Source of the DNA: Candidatus Bathyarchaeota archaeon
GTDB taxonomy: Archaea; Thermoproteota; Bathyarchaeia; Bathyarchaeales; Bathycorpusculaceae
Length of the DNA: 64,000 bases
NCBI GenBank assembly: GCA_963811105.1
Contig: CAWEPZ010000013.1
Coordinates: 1-64,000 of the forward strand
Direction of reading: 5' to 3'
Shown here: positions 47,960-58,641 of the stretch, one piece after another
How positions within the stretch are numbered: position 1 is the first letter of the stretch
Layout of the letters: every line of letters begins with the position of its first letter
Notes under the pieces: generated by a model
What the model was told of the DNA's origin: nothing
What the model saw: the letters and a program-made list of their open reading frames with translations, nothing else
Databases searched by the model: none
Program-made: the position numbers and the translations under genes

Positions 47960-48874
47960 TTAAAATTCATTTAGAGTATGTCCGTATCCTTTTCTACTAG
48001 ATTGAAGAAAGCCAGACCACCAGGCAGCGGCTTTAAAAAGGTTGAAGAATGGGAGTAGAAAAGCAATTCTCTCGTGTAAGATCTTAAACGCTACTATTGA
48101 GCGAATGGTCCCTTCTATAAAAGAAACCGGAGGAAATCTTAATCGGAAGCTAACTAAGTCCTTATTTTTATGGTTTAGGTAATGCATTCCGTATCCATAC
48201 CAGTAGTTTTGTTTCCACAATCCCTGCCACGTTTGCCTTTCCTCATGCTCAAATTCTGCTTCTCCAGCAGTTAAAGTGTAACCTGCAACTTTTATACGAC
48301 CAGTTATATCTGCGTCTTCGCCAGCTCCAACAATCGCCTCATCAAACCCGCCTACTTTCCGAATAGCATCCACTCGAATTATGCTCATGTTAGCCCGTTT
48401 AACATTCTTCTTTCTTATGATTTCGAGGTCTCGTAAGTTTGATAGGTTCTCGAGTATGGAAACCGAACTTCCATCTAGCTTCAACTTTTGTCTTCCAGAA
48501 GCTACACCTATAGATGGCTGACTATTCATTAGGTCGAATTGTTTTTGTATGTAGTCCTTTGGAAAAAACATGTCATCATCAAGCCAAACAATGAAACGAC
48601 CTCGTGCATTATCTACAATTATGTTTCTTGCTATACCCAAACCCTTTCCTTTATCAAAAAATAAGCGAAGCTGTACGTTAGACTTGGAGAAAGCAGCTTT
48701 CAGTATTGCAACTGTTCTGTCAGTGCTATTGCCGTCAACTACAATAATCTCCATGCGCTCAGATGGGAAAGTCTGTTTCAATATGCTTTCCACAGCTTTG
48801 CCAACGGTCCTTTCCCTATTCTTTACGGTCATCCCGATGGTTACTTCTATATCACCATCTTTCTTAACAGACAA
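47960..48874 (-). CDS. Glycosyltransferase family 2
   Basis: EIIVVDGNSTDRT, ARN, WLDDD, VGGFDE...GED. Confidence 0.93.
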   Translation of the reverse strand: MSVKKDGDIEVTIGMTVKNRERTVGKAVESILKQTFPSERMEIIVVDGNSTDRTVAILKAAFSKSNVQLRLFFDKGKGLGIARNIIVDNARGRFIVWLDDDMFFPKDYIQKQFDLMNSQPSIGVASGRQKLKLDGSSVSILENLSNLRDLEIIRKKNVKRANMSIIRVDAIRKVGGFDEAIVGAGEDADITGRIKVAGYTLTAGEAEFEHEERQTWQGLWKQNYWYGYGMHYLNHKNKDLVSFRLRFPPVSFIEGTIRSIVAFKILHERIAFLLPFFNLFKAAAWWSGFLQSSRKGYGHTLNEF

Positions 48875-48985
48875 AGATGAAGAAACAGGTACAAGTTTAC
48901 GTTTTTCTGCCAGGCAGTCTCCACCATCGTCGATCTTTTGCAGTATTTAAATTATTTAGTTCAGCCAAGAAACTTTAGCTCAGTG

Positions 48986-50248
48986 TTAAATTAAAGATAG
49001 CTTTACTGACAGCTCTTCTTTTTTAAGCAGGTATTTTTCTTCTATTAGTTTTGAATTTTCTTTCGCCTTCTGCCAAAAGCCATCATCAAAAAGTATTTTA
49101 CCGCAGTAAAGTGCATCAAGGGCTCTTAAATCCAGGTGCACGGTGCATTCCAAAAACTCCTGCTTTGTGTATCCATATGGCTCAATTCCCAAGAATAATG
49201 GAAATTCAGACAGTTTTCTGTTCCTCAATATTCTGCCTATTGGGCCTGTTGGTAAACCAGTTGCGACTACGATTATGTCAAGATCACTTTTGGCGTGTCC
49301 ACGGTTCTTTGCCCAAGAACCTAAAAGAACAATACTATGCACATTGAGCCCTCTTTGTCGTAATAGCCCAACATAATTTTTGAACACTCTGTTTAGATCC
49401 TTTTCAAACATTTCTTTATTGAATTGTGGCTTTTTGTTGACTTGTTCCTTTACTGCGAAGCGATCAATAAAAGCAGAAAGTACTTTTTTCATCAATCTCT
49501 TAGCAATCGCAACGGGTCCCTTCTTCCATTTTTTCCATCGAGCTCGGGCTTGGAGTCTATTGATTAACTGTGCGTCAATCACATGCATGGCGAATGCCGA
49601 TCTAGATACCTTAATTTCATCAAGTAGTTCTTCATGCACTATGTCAAACGAGGGTACTGAGCTGATTTCTGAAAATGCTAAATAATTTGCAAGCATTTTG
49701 TATTTCTGTCTGCGGGTTGTTAAATATTGTTTGCTAGGTATGTCCGATTTTCTTTGTAATGCTGTTTGTTCATCAGCATCAAAAAGAATAGTTATTGCCC
49801 CTGCAGGGATTAGGCTTAGAATGAGCTTTCCTACTAAACTCTGATGAAGATTTGGATTATCTACATCAACCATGAGGTCAACAAGGATGTCATGGATAAA
49901 TCTATCAGCTACAACTATGTTTCGACGCATAAATCTGGTATGAACCTTAACCGTTAGAAATAACAGAAGGTCAACAAGCTGAACCCATGGCCAAAGTAAA
50001 GAAATCGGTTTTGAGTAGTAGTAAAGATGCTCTATGCTAGCTTTTCCGTTAGGCAATTTTTTCATGGATGCGAAACCTAGTAAACGGCAAATAACCATGA
50101 AGGGCAACGAAAAGAAATACGCAGTTCTCATCCAAATATAGCTACAGTCCTCACCAGTCCTCAAATAGTCAGAAACAAGCATTTGCGCATGACGGGTCTT
50201 TCCAGAACCATCAATTCCCGTCAATATTATGATTTTCTCTAACATCAT
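48986..50248 (-). CDS. Thymidylate-kinase-like P-loop domain fused to a C-terminal MNT nucleotidyltransferase
   Basis: TGIDGSGKT and ADRFIHD at the N-terminus; LLGSWAKNRGHAKSDLDII at the C-terminus; one uninterrupted ORF. Confidence 0.8.
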   Translation of the reverse strand: MMLEKIIILTGIDGSGKTRHAQMLVSDYLRTGEDCSYIWMRTAYFFSLPFMVICRLLGFASMKKLPNGKASIEHLYYYSKPISLLWPWVQLVDLLLFLTVKVHTRFMRRNIVVADRFIHDILVDLMVDVDNPNLHQSLVGKLILSLIPAGAITILFDADEQTALQRKSDIPSKQYLTTRRQKYKMLANYLAFSEISSVPSFDIVHEELLDEIKVSRSAFAMHVIDAQLINRLQARARWKKWKKGPVAIAKRLMKKVLSAFIDRFAVKEQVNKKPQFNKEMFEKDLNRVFKNYVGLLRQRGLNVHSIVLLGSWAKNRGHAKSDLDIIVVATGLPTGPIGRILRNRKLSEFPLFLGIEPYGYTKQEFLECTVHLDLRALDALYCGKILFDDGFWQKAKENSKLIEEKYLLKKEELSVKLSLI

Positions 50249-50257
50249 TATTCTATC

Positions 50258-51019
50258 CTATTGAACCGCTTTTTCCAAAACTGATATTGTTTTCTGGGTA
50301 ACATCTGACCAAGAGGGGGTTGATTGGGCAAATTCGCGGGCATTTTCCTCAATTTTCCTTGTATAACTTTGATTTTTCAAGACTTTAAGGATAGCATTAG
50401 CCAATTCTTGGGGCTGGCTGGAATCAATTAGGATACCGCGATCTTTGCCCACTATGTCTTCGAGCGTTCTTATCCTATGTGTAACTACTACTTTACCTCG
50501 TGACATAGCCTCAAGGACTGCGAGCGGTGTTTCGCTCTGAAGAACCTTGAAAGGAAGTGCAACAACATCCGACAATTCGACGAACCTTGAAAGTTCGCTT
50601 TTAGTTAACTCACCTGAAATTATTTTTACGTTATCTTCAAGGTTTAACTTCTGAACCAGAGATATCAGTTTTCGCTCGTCTTCGATTAAATGAATATTTC
50701 TATCCTTTCTTCGTGAGAGTATAAAGCAATTAATATTTAGAATGTGTTGATCGAGAATTAGACGTAGGCTTTTGATAAGTATATCTGGTCCTCTTAGCGA
50801 GCAAGGTGAACCAAAATAGACGATTGTAAAAGAAGTATTAAGTGGATAGTTTGATTGTCCAGAACGCGTGACAATAATTTTTGAGTTTTTATATGACTCG
50901 TCTAATCCCGACGGAACTATCGTTATTTTTTTTTCCGATACGCCAATTCCTAAAAGCCAGTTCTTGAGGTAATTGCTCGGTACGATAATTCCTTTAATCA
51001 ATGATGAGTTGGTCACCAT
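50258..51019 (-). CDS. Glycosyltransferase family 4, 3' fragment
   Basis: LPF...ETPLAVLEAMSRGK; frameshift in the A6 run at 51038-51043. Confidence 0.87.
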   Translation of the reverse strand: MVTNSSLIKGIIVPSNYLKNWLLGIGVSEKKITIVPSGLDESYKNSKIIVTRSGQSNYPLNTSFTIVYFGSPCSLRGPDILIKSLRLILDQHILNINCFILSRRKDRNIHLIEDERKLISLVQKLNLEDNVKIISGELTKSELSRFVELSDVVALPFKVLQSETPLAVLEAMSRGKVVVTHRIRTLEDIVGKDRGILIDSSQPQELANAILKVLKNQSYTRKIEENAREFAQSTPSWSDVTQKTISVLEKAVQ

Positions 51020-51479
51020 TTGTATTAAGTGTCTGGGAAAAAATGGTATTTAGAATTTCGATTCCTAAGCTATGGTTCGAATCAATTATCTCTCGAAGAG
51101 AAAGCTCCATCAAACTTTGGATGCTAGTAATGCCTGTCTCAACAAACCATATTATTGGTATATCGATAAAAGTTAATCGAGAAATTGATAAACAACTAAG
51201 TGGTTTTCCAACCCACAATATTATATCAGGTTTTATTCTGCCAAAAATTGTCGTCATTTCTCGCTTATTGAAAATCGGAAGCAACATAACATTACTTAAA
51301 CGAATGATGTCTATACCTGCTATTGTTTCGAAAAGAGGCAAATCTTTCTCGACATTTGATATTACAGTTATTTTCCATCCTTTAAGCGTCATACCCTTTG
51401 CAATCTCAAATACATGTCGCCAAGGTTGGAGATTAACGGTGGCATTACTAAAACCCAAACAAATAATTGTTACTTTCAA
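50994..51479 (-). CDS. Glycosyltransferase family 4, 5' fragment
   Basis: MKVTIIC...LQPWRHVFEIAKG GT4 N-terminal domain; continues as IFPRHLIQMVTN in the other frame. Confidence 0.82.
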   Translation of the reverse strand: MKVTIICLGFSNATVNLQPWRHVFEIAKGMTLKGWKITVISNVEKDLPLFETIAGIDIIRLSNVMLLPIFNKREMTTIFGRIKPDIILWVGKPLSCLSISRLTFIDIPIIWFVETGITSIQSLMELSLREIIDSNHSLGIEILNTIFSQTLNTNGDQLIID

Positions 51480-51532
51480 AAAAACGTCTTCTCCGAAAAA
51501 CCTATTTAATAATTAGACAACTTGGAAAAGTG

Positions 51533-52717
51533 TTAAAGAGCTACTTGTCTATATACTCTGATATATTCGTCTACAATATTATTCCAATTGTGATTTTGTA
51601 CAACGTGATTGTATGCATTCAGACTGATTGCGTCTCTTAATTCATCATTAGTTATGAGTGAGTTTATGTTATCAGCAAGATTTTTATGATCTTTTGTATT
51701 TGCCAACAATCCATTATACGAATTCTTGATGTATTCTCGCGCAAAAGGTAAATCAAAAGCTACGACAGGTTTTTTGCAAGCCATTGCCTCAAGTACGGAG
51801 ATGGGTTGTGCCTCTCTTAAACTTGGTAGAACCACTATATCTGCTCTAATAATCTCTGTTAGCAAGTCATGCCTGGAAACATGGCCCAGTAAATGCACTT
51901 TGCTTTCCAGACCGTAGCGAGATATGAAGGCTTTGATTCTTTTTTGCATTGGTCCTTTTCCGCACATTCTAAGTTGTAGTGTGGGATTCTCATTAAGTAG
52001 AAGTCTGAAAGCTTCTAATAGATACGGTATTCCCTTTGACCAATACCAGCGTCCGAAAAAGAGTAAAGTGGGTTCTGTAGTCTCATGCTTAATTTGCTTT
52101 CTAATTTTGTCGAATTCGCTTGTATCTATTCCATTATATATTACGGAGGCTTTCTTGATGTCTAGGTTTTTGTAAATTGTCTTTAATTCACTAAGTATTG
52201 TATGACTGCAACAAATAATATGGTTCGAATTAACTATGGACAATCGGTTGGCTGCATCGTACAGTGGATATTCAAGTACGTTGAAACCAAAGTCTTGAAG
52301 TGAGGATTGAAGGAATGGACTGTCAATAAATGCCTTCATTTCATAGCTTGTATATCCATGGTACGAAGTAATAAGAGGTTTGTTGAGCCTGAATTTTAAA
52401 TAAATGCAGAGCGGAGATGTTTCAGGAGTTACGGAGTGAATGAGAGAAAAATTGTTCATTCGACTGGAAATAGCCGACAAATTCTGTAATTGAAACCAAA
52501 CGAAACGTGGCGGAAGATTGAAAATAGGTAATCTTACAATATTTAAATAGCCGTTTATCTTTTCTGTGGCTATTTTGTTTGATTTCCCAGTAAAAACGGT
52601 TGTTTCAATTTTTCTTTTTGACAACTCGTTTGCCAAGCTATAACAGAAAGTTCCTGCTCCGCCATGAATATTTGGAGGAAACTCTTCTGAAACAAGCGCA
52701 ATACGAAGGTGCACCAA
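51533..52717 (-). CDS. Glycosyltransferase family 4
   Basis: EEFPP..HGGAG, IYNGID, FFGR...KG, EAQPISVLEAMAC. Confidence 0.93.
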   Translation of the reverse strand: MVHLRIALVSEEFPPNIHGGAGTFCYSLANELSKRKIETTVFTGKSNKIATEKINGYLNIVRLPIFNLPPRFVWFQLQNLSAISSRMNNFSLIHSVTPETSPLCIYLKFRLNKPLITSYHGYTSYEMKAFIDSPFLQSSLQDFGFNVLEYPLYDAANRLSIVNSNHIICCSHTILSELKTIYKNLDIKKASVIYNGIDTSEFDKIRKQIKHETTEPTLLFFGRWYWSKGIPYLLEAFRLLLNENPTLQLRMCGKGPMQKRIKAFISRYGLESKVHLLGHVSRHDLLTEIIRADIVVLPSLREAQPISVLEAMACKKPVVAFDLPFAREYIKNSYNGLLANTKDHKNLADNINSLITNDELRDAISLNAYNHVVQNHNWNNIVDEYIRVYRQVAL

Positions 52718-52732
52718 GTTTATTCAGCTCTA

Positions 52733-53503
52733 TCATTTCAAGTAATCTGTATTCCAGATGCCGCTTTTGTCTCCGCGTAAATAATCCATTAAACCAAGGA
52801 GAATTCCTCTCATCCAAAAGTAACCTCTCTTGCCCAAAACAAGAAGGATAGGAGATGCTAAAGGTAACGCAGTATAGAACAGCCTAATAATAACCGGTGG
52901 GTTACTGAACTTTAGTGCTTGATAGATTCCAGTCACAGTTTTTCTCTTATAAGGTTCTTCCTTTTCTGCGGTCTTGGTTCTCTCAGTTTCTGCGAAGCAC
53001 TTTTCACAGAAAACTACTTTATGTCCAGCTTCTAGAACCTTGAAAAGGATAAGAGTGTCTTCAGCCTTGCAGGGTTTAATCGGAACAATATTTGCAAGCA
53101 CGTCTTTACGGACGAGCATAAGTTCACCGCTTCCTGCAGCAGGAATTAATCTTCTAATCGGATTGAATATTTGGAAAAAGAGTTTTTGTGGTCCTTCATT
53201 AACTAGTTCTGTTCCAAAGACTAAACCAATCTTTTTATCGTTGAAATAATTTAACGCTAGTTCAAAATTATGAATTCGTGTGTCAACATCATTCATAACA
53301 ATTATGTCTACATTAGATGGTATTTGCTTTACACCAAAGTTTATTGCATCAAACTTTCCTTTTGCAGGATGGTAGATAACATTCGGATGTTCAATTCTTT
53401 GCCCACAGACGATTTTATAGGGAAAACCAAGTTCTTCTAGCTCTTCTATCTTATCATAAACATAAGCCCCATCCCGAGCTAAAACCAGAAAAAAAAAATT
53501 CAT
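52733..53503 (-). CDS. Glycosyltransferase family 2-like protein
   Basis: GKFDAINFG, MNDVD, SGEL and AED motifs. Confidence 0.8.
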   Translation of the reverse strand: MNFFFLVLARDGAYVYDKIEELEELGFPYKIVCGQRIEHPNVIYHPAKGKFDAINFGVKQIPSNVDIIVMNDVDTRIHNFELALNYFNDKKIGLVFGTELVNEGPQKLFFQIFNPIRRLIPAAGSGELMLVRKDVLANIVPIKPCKAEDTLILFKVLEAGHKVVFCEKCFAETERTKTAEKEEPYKRKTVTGIYQALKFSNPPVIIRLFYTALPLASPILLVLGKRGYFWMRGILLGLMDYLRGDKSGIWNTDYLK

Positions 53504-53606
53504 AAATGAACTTCCTTGTAACCAAGCATTTGAGCTATTATTGCTTCATCTTTCGTTTGTGGATCACTAATCGAGCAAACATAAGCAGCCTACAAGGGGG
53601 GATATT

Positions 53607-54980
53607 TTATCCTTTCATGAGAGCGTTCATTCGAGAAGGAACTGTGACGGTACATTTTGGCTCAGATGTTATGGCGTTTACCAATTCCTCATACAATCCT
53701 ATGTCTGCAGCCATTGCATAATCTGGATGCACCAGAAACACGATTAATCCATTGAGGTCTCGGATCACATTTACCATGTTTGCCCAGGTCTTTAAGACTT
53801 CTTTGGGAGACAAGCCGAGAGCGTGCAGCAATTGGTGGTCTTGTGGCAAAGTCAGTGGAATCTCGGCTATTCCACTTAGCTTTAACGGGTACACTGTTCC
53901 GATGCCGTGTGGCTTCATCGTGTATGGATGTTTGGGTTCCCACGTGGGAACGGATGTGTCGTATGAGTATCCCGCTTCGTTTAAAGCTTGAATAATTGTC
54001 TGGTTATGCTGAAGTATGGGCGCTCTGAACCCGGATACTGGCTTCTTAGTAATTTTTTCAAGTGTTTGCCTCGAGTCTATTAGCCTATCAACGAGTTCCT
54101 TTTTTTCCATATGGATAAGTTTTCCGTCATGTTTAGTATCGTGCGAACCCAGTTCTCCGTAGTTTGCCAGCTCTCTGATTAGGTCATTGTCAAGGTTGTA
54201 ACGGTTTGATGGCACATACCAAGCTGAGATTATACCGTATTTTTCTTCTATCTTCTTGAGGAGTCTGGCTCTTTGAAGTCCCTTTGCAGTTTCAACATCA
54301 TGAGTTAAGATGCAGACGGAACGATTAACTAACGGCAGTTTCTTTCTAATTTCTGCTCCGGAGGTTTTCTCGATGGCGTTCACGAGAATAAACCGTAAAG
54401 CATCCAAGGGTAGTTTCTCGCTGAGAGAGAGATTTTTCAACCCAACGTCTGCTTTCATGAAAAAGTCGCGTAGTCTTTTAGGAGCTAAGCCATAAGGGAT
54501 AGGTAGCCCAGTGACTATTCGGTGAAGCCCTGACTGTTTCGGATGCAGTACTCCATCGATAATGGTTCGGAACTCTTCAACCAAGTCCAATTTCAGGATT
54601 AACCTGTCGTCTTTGGTACAGATGTCTGTTGGCGTCTCGTCTTCGAAACCAACATTCACTAACTCGCGAAACCAGTATTGCGTTTTAGGCGTAATCATCA
54701 AAGTTGTTTGAGAAGCTGCATTTACAGATGTAAGACATCCATTCTTTCGGACAATCTCCAAACCTGTTTCTTTAGCCCACATCACAAAGCTTTCGTGATC
54801 GGATGGAATTATAATGGAAGCTTTGGTTATTGAAGGCTTTTGTTTATAGAAGACCGTGACATCAGCTTCGTCGAGCTTGGAAAACGAAATATCCCATGGA
54901 GATAAAAGTTCAACTATAATTTCGACATCTGCTGGCGGTGCCTCAATGGCTATTTTCAATGAATCACCGGAATACTCCAA
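53607..54980 (-). CDS. Polysaccharide deacetylase family (CE4-like) protein
   Basis: LTHDVE, GSHDTKHD, GFRAP, YDTS and LVHP motifs in canonical order. Confidence 0.88.
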   Translation of the reverse strand: MEYSGDSLKIAIEAPPADVEIIVELLSPWDISFSKLDEADVTVFYKQKPSITKASIIIPSDHESFVMWAKETGLEIVRKNGCLTSVNAASQTTLMITPKTQYWFRELVNVGFEDETPTDICTKDDRLILKLDLVEEFRTIIDGVLHPKQSGLHRIVTGLPIPYGLAPKRLRDFFMKADVGLKNLSLSEKLPLDALRFILVNAIEKTSGAEIRKKLPLVNRSVCILTHDVETAKGLQRARLLKKIEEKYGIISAWYVPSNRYNLDNDLIRELANYGELGSHDTKHDGKLIHMEKKELVDRLIDSRQTLEKITKKPVSGFRAPILQHNQTIIQALNEAGYSYDTSVPTWEPKHPYTMKPHGIGTVYPLKLSGIAEIPLTLPQDHQLLHALGLSPKEVLKTWANMVNVIRDLNGLIVFLVHPDYAMAADIGLYEELVNAITSEPKCTVTVPSRMNALMKG

Positions 54981-55010
54981 AAGTAAGGAAATTTGATTTC
55001 TTGTTGGCTC

Positions 55011-55769
55011 TTATTTTCTGGCGCGAATTTTTAGGTATATTAAAGGAGAAACTATGGTCCACCAATCGCGTAGCGGGGAAATGTTAGAATATCCACCTTT
55101 ATGACTAAAGGGGTAAATCTTTGAAACAGGCACTTCTTTAGTTCTATAACCTAAGGTTAGAGCCTTGTAATGAATATAATATTCTAGCTCGTATCCATTG
55201 AGCCAACTTTGATCAATATTAATCTGATGATTACTAAACATATTCAGTCTATATGCTCTAAAGCCATTTGTGACGTCAGTGCATCTAGTATTTGTCATAA
55301 AAGTCCAAACAAAAGGAAAAAGCCGACTAAACATTTTCCGCAGGAACGGATTTTTCACTGTTCTGCCACCATTAAGGAACCTTGATCCCTGAACGTAATC
55401 GTAGTTATCTTTCAAAATTGGCTCTAAAAGTCGCGGGATTTCGTTTGGTTGATCCTTCCCATTTCCAGCCATGACAACGGCAACATCATATTTTCTAAGC
55501 ATTGCATATTTTATGCCTTCCCTAATAGCAACTCCGATTCCCTTTCTTTCTCGATTGCTTAAGACTTGAACTGGAACTATACTTTGATTTGCAGCATTTT
55601 CAATTAATTGCAAATCGTTTTTTGTTGCACAGTCAATAATGACACATATCTCGTTAACAGTTTTTTCTCTGAAATCGCCCAAAACTTTCAAGAGCTGCGG
55701 GGTGTTGTGGCAAGCAGGAATTATAACGATATCCTTACACGCTTGGGCATCATTTAGAGGCAATTCCAA
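55011..55769 (-). CDS. Glycosyltransferase family 2 (DPM1-like)
   Basis: [32 protein letters not shown]. Confidence 0.9.
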   Translation of the reverse strand: MELPLNDAQACKDIVIIPACHNTPQLLKVLGDFREKTVNEICVIIDCATKNDLQLIENAANQSIVPVQVLSNRERKGIGVAIREGIKYAMLRKYDVAVVMAGNGKDQPNEIPRLLEPILKDNYDYVQGSRFLNGGRTVKNPFLRKMFSRLFPFVWTFMTNTRCTDVTNGFRAYRLNMFSNHQINIDQSWLNGYELEYYIHYKALTLGYRTKEVPVSKIYPFSHKGGYSNISPLRDWWTIVSPLIYLKIRARK

Positions 55770-56226
55770 TTCTCCTAATTATTCGAGCCGGATTTCCAGC
55801 CACCAACGTGTTACTCGGAACGTTTTTGGTTACTACTGAACCAGCTCCAACCATCGCTCCTTCGCCGATGATGATTCCAGGCACTATGACACTGTTTGCA
55901 CCTATTGATGCACCCTTCTTTACCCTTGTTGATAGAAGTGCCCATTCTCCTTGGGATCTTGGGTACTTGTCGTTAGTGAAGCTGACATTTGGACCTATGA
56001 ACACATTGTCCTCAATGACAACTCCCGTTGGCATAAAAACAAAAGGTCTAACTTTGCAGTTGTCACCTATAACAACGCCTTCTTCTATGTAAACGTAAGA
56101 GTCAATTTTACTATTCTTCCCAACTTTACATCGAAAAAGGTTGACCTGATCGTAAACTCGTGTTCCTTCTCCGATTTCGGCATGCTTAATGACTGCGTAA
56201 CGAGGATTCTTCTGAGGAGTCAGCAT
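55750..56226 (-). CDS. Hexapeptide-repeat sugar N-acyltransferase (WbpD/FdtC-like)
   Basis: [29 protein letters not shown]. Confidence 0.92.
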   Translation of the reverse strand: MLTPQKNPRYAVIKHAEIGEGTRVYDQVNLFRCKVGKNSKIDSYVYIEEGVVIGDNCKVRPFVFMPTGVVIEDNVFIGPNVSFTNDKYPRSQGEWALLSTRVKKGASIGANSVIVPGIIIGEGAMVGAGSVVTKNVPSNTLVAGNPARIIRRIGIASK

Positions 56227-56231
56227 AATTA

Positions 56232-57209
56232 TTATACCACTATCTCCGTTCTTCCATTTTCCATAGCCTTACGCGATAACTCCAGAAGCCTTACAACGTT
56301 GGCACCGACCAAACCATTATTCTTGTTCAAAAACGTCTCGTTTGATGTACAACCTTCCCTAATGCAGTGGACAAAGTGCGAAAGCTCCAAGTTTATCGTA
56401 TTACTTCGTTCCACAGGCATATCAAAAAATTCCCCATTTTCGTAAGCAGAGATTTTCTGTGTTCCGCAATCAATCTTCGCAAAGGCGTTCGACCCCATGA
56501 TTTGAACTTCCCTTATTTTTTCAGGATGCAGCCAACTTACCTCAATGTGCGCCAACATATTGTTTTTAAATTCGCTAGTTATGTGAGCAGTTTCTTCTTG
56601 TTGCCCTTTCCTGTGAGCTTTAGCTACGCATGTAACTCTAGTGGGCCACTCGTCCGTTAGGAAGTTTAATATATCAAATGGATGAGGGGCTAAATCAGTA
56701 ATTATGTCTCGGCCAGTCATAGGCGGCATTAATGCGGTCCAAGTAAGGTTCATCCAATAAAGATCACCAAACCAGTTGTTTTGAATAAGATTTTTGGCTT
56801 TCTCAATGGCAGCATCAAACCTAAAAATATGACCCACAGACAAAACTCGATTCTTCTCCAAAGCCAAGTCAACGAGTTTGATTGCTTCATGAGAATCAAG
56901 AGTCATCGGTTTCTCGAGAGTAACATGTTTGCCTTGATTCAATGCTTCTTTACATATATCGTAGTGGGTCACGCTAGGCGTACAAATATGTACAGCATCT
57001 ATTTCTGGGTTCAACAATATTTCGTGGGGGGATTTTGCCAAATATGAAACACCGTATTTTTCTTTGCAAAAGTTTAGATTATCCTCGAATACATCACAGA
57101 CTCCAAACAAGTTAACGCTGGGATCTGTTTTGCTCATTAAAGCGTATTCTGAGGCTATTTTTTTACCCCAATATCCAACGCCTATAACGCCAACATTCAG
57201 CTTATCCAT
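56232..57209 (-). CDS. Gfo/Idh/MocA oxidoreductase (WbpB-like sugar-nucleotide 3-dehydrogenase)
   Basis: [21 protein letters not shown]. Confidence 0.92.
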   Translation of the reverse strand: MDKLNVGVIGVGYWGKKIASEYALMSKTDPSVNLFGVCDVFEDNLNFCKEKYGVSYLAKSPHEILLNPEIDAVHICTPSVTHYDICKEALNQGKHVTLEKPMTLDSHEAIKLVDLALEKNRVLSVGHIFRFDAAIEKAKNLIQNNWFGDLYWMNLTWTALMPPMTGRDIITDLAPHPFDILNFLTDEWPTRVTCVAKAHRKGQQEETAHITSEFKNNMLAHIEVSWLHPEKIREVQIMGSNAFAKIDCGTQKISAYENGEFFDMPVERSNTINLELSHFVHCIREGCTSNETFLNKNNGLVGANVVRLLELSRKAMENGRTEIVV

Positions 57210-57248
57210 TTTCTTTTAAAAGCCTCCTTTCTTTCTAAAATTAGTAGC

Positions 57249-58364
57249 TCAAATCTTGTTACTAAAAAAATCATGAATATTCTCTGAAACTCGATCAATC
57301 CCTTCTTTTTCCAAATCAGGATACATAGGCAAGCTTAGAACTTGCTTACACACGAGTTCACTACTCGGGAAATCTCCCTCTTTGTAACCGTAAAGTTGTC
57401 TGTAAATTGGTTGGAGATGAATGGGTATAGGATAATGAATCCCGCATTGGATGCCAGCTCGCTCGAGGTAAGCTTTCAATTCATCTCTTCGGCGGGTTTT
57501 AACCACATAGAGATGATAAACAGGTGTAATGTCGTTGTTTCCATTAGGTGGCAAACCAAGTTCTGTATCACTCAACAGTTTGTTGTACCATAGTGCTATG
57601 TTTCTCCTCTTGGCATTCCACTCATCAAGTTTCTTGAGTTGAACTCGGCCAATTGCTGCATTAACGGTATTAAGGCGCGCCGTTAAACCGATTATATCAT
57701 GCTCATAATGTGATATTCTTCCGCAATCACGCAGTTTAGCTATTTTGTTTGCGACGTCATTATCGTTTGTCACTGCCATGCCACCGTCTCCACCGACCGT
57801 CATGTTCTTAGCAGAATAGAATGAAAAACAGCCAGCCGAACCAATGCTTCCAACTTTCTTGCCGTAGTATTCGGCTCCGTGTGCTTGACAACAATCTTCA
57901 ACTAAAATATGTTTACCATCTTCAGTAAGTTCTACGAGAGAATCCAAATCAGCAGGGTATCCGTAAAGGTGGACAGGAAGAATCGCGCTAGTTTCAAGAG
58001 TGAGTTTCTGCATCGCACTAGCAGGATCTAAGTTGCAGGTTTTGGAATCTATGTCGGAGAAAACAGGAGTTGCTCCTGCGCTGTAGATACTATTTGCGGT
58101 TGCAATAAAAGAGAAAGGTGTGGTTAAGACTTTCTCTGCAGATTTAACACCGAGGGCTTGCAAGGAAAGTTGCAGTGCGAATGTTCCCGAACTAGTTGAT
58201 ACGGCTCGTTTTACGCCGCAATATTTCGCGAATTCCTCCTCAAACTTGAAGACGCTTTCACCCATTACGAATTTTTCATTTTGCAGTGCCATTACGGCTG
58301 CATTTTTCATTTCATCATCGAACGCTGGCTTTGCTAAAGGAATACTCATTTTTATGACCTCCAT
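57249..58364 (-). CDS. DegT/DnrJ/EryC1/StrS aminotransferase (WbpE-like)
   Basis: PVHLYG, EDCCQAHG, FSFYSAKN (PLP lysine), GDGG, LSLPMYP. Confidence 0.95.
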   Translation of the reverse strand: MEVIKMSIPLAKPAFDDEMKNAAVMALQNEKFVMGESVFKFEEEFAKYCGVKRAVSTSSGTFALQLSLQALGVKSAEKVLTTPFSFIATANSIYSAGATPVFSDIDSKTCNLDPASAMQKLTLETSAILPVHLYGYPADLDSLVELTEDGKHILVEDCCQAHGAEYYGKKVGSIGSAGCFSFYSAKNMTVGGDGGMAVTNDNDVANKIAKLRDCGRISHYEHDIIGLTARLNTVNAAIGRVQLKKLDEWNAKRRNIALWYNKLLSDTELGLPPNGNNDITPVYHLYVVKTRRRDELKAYLERAGIQCGIHYPIPIHLQPIYRQLYGYKEGDFPSSELVCKQVLSLPMYPDLEKEGIDRVSENIHDFFSNKI

Positions 58365-58641
58365 TGGCTGATTATTTTTTCTTCTAAATTAGTTCTTCTT
58401 TGCAGAAGCGGACATCGAAAGAAGTAGCTCAAAACAACAACCACTCAAAATACCTCTTTCTCAAAATAACTGATAGCAAGAAATTACTGTCTATCTATTA
58501 GTAACTTTGATATCGTTGCAATTAAAATATAATTTCGCACTAATATATGAATATGCACTAAATATGGTAATCTTTTGCTATGTATTTCTTATATTGCCAA
58601 GATAAACTTTATTTTCAATAAGTTATTATAATAATAGCCAT

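Noticed and set aside
58537-58566. gcactaatatatg / gcactaaatatg imperfect direct repeat upstream of the aminotransferase
   Set aside because: Short, AT-rich and not seen elsewhere; could be chance.
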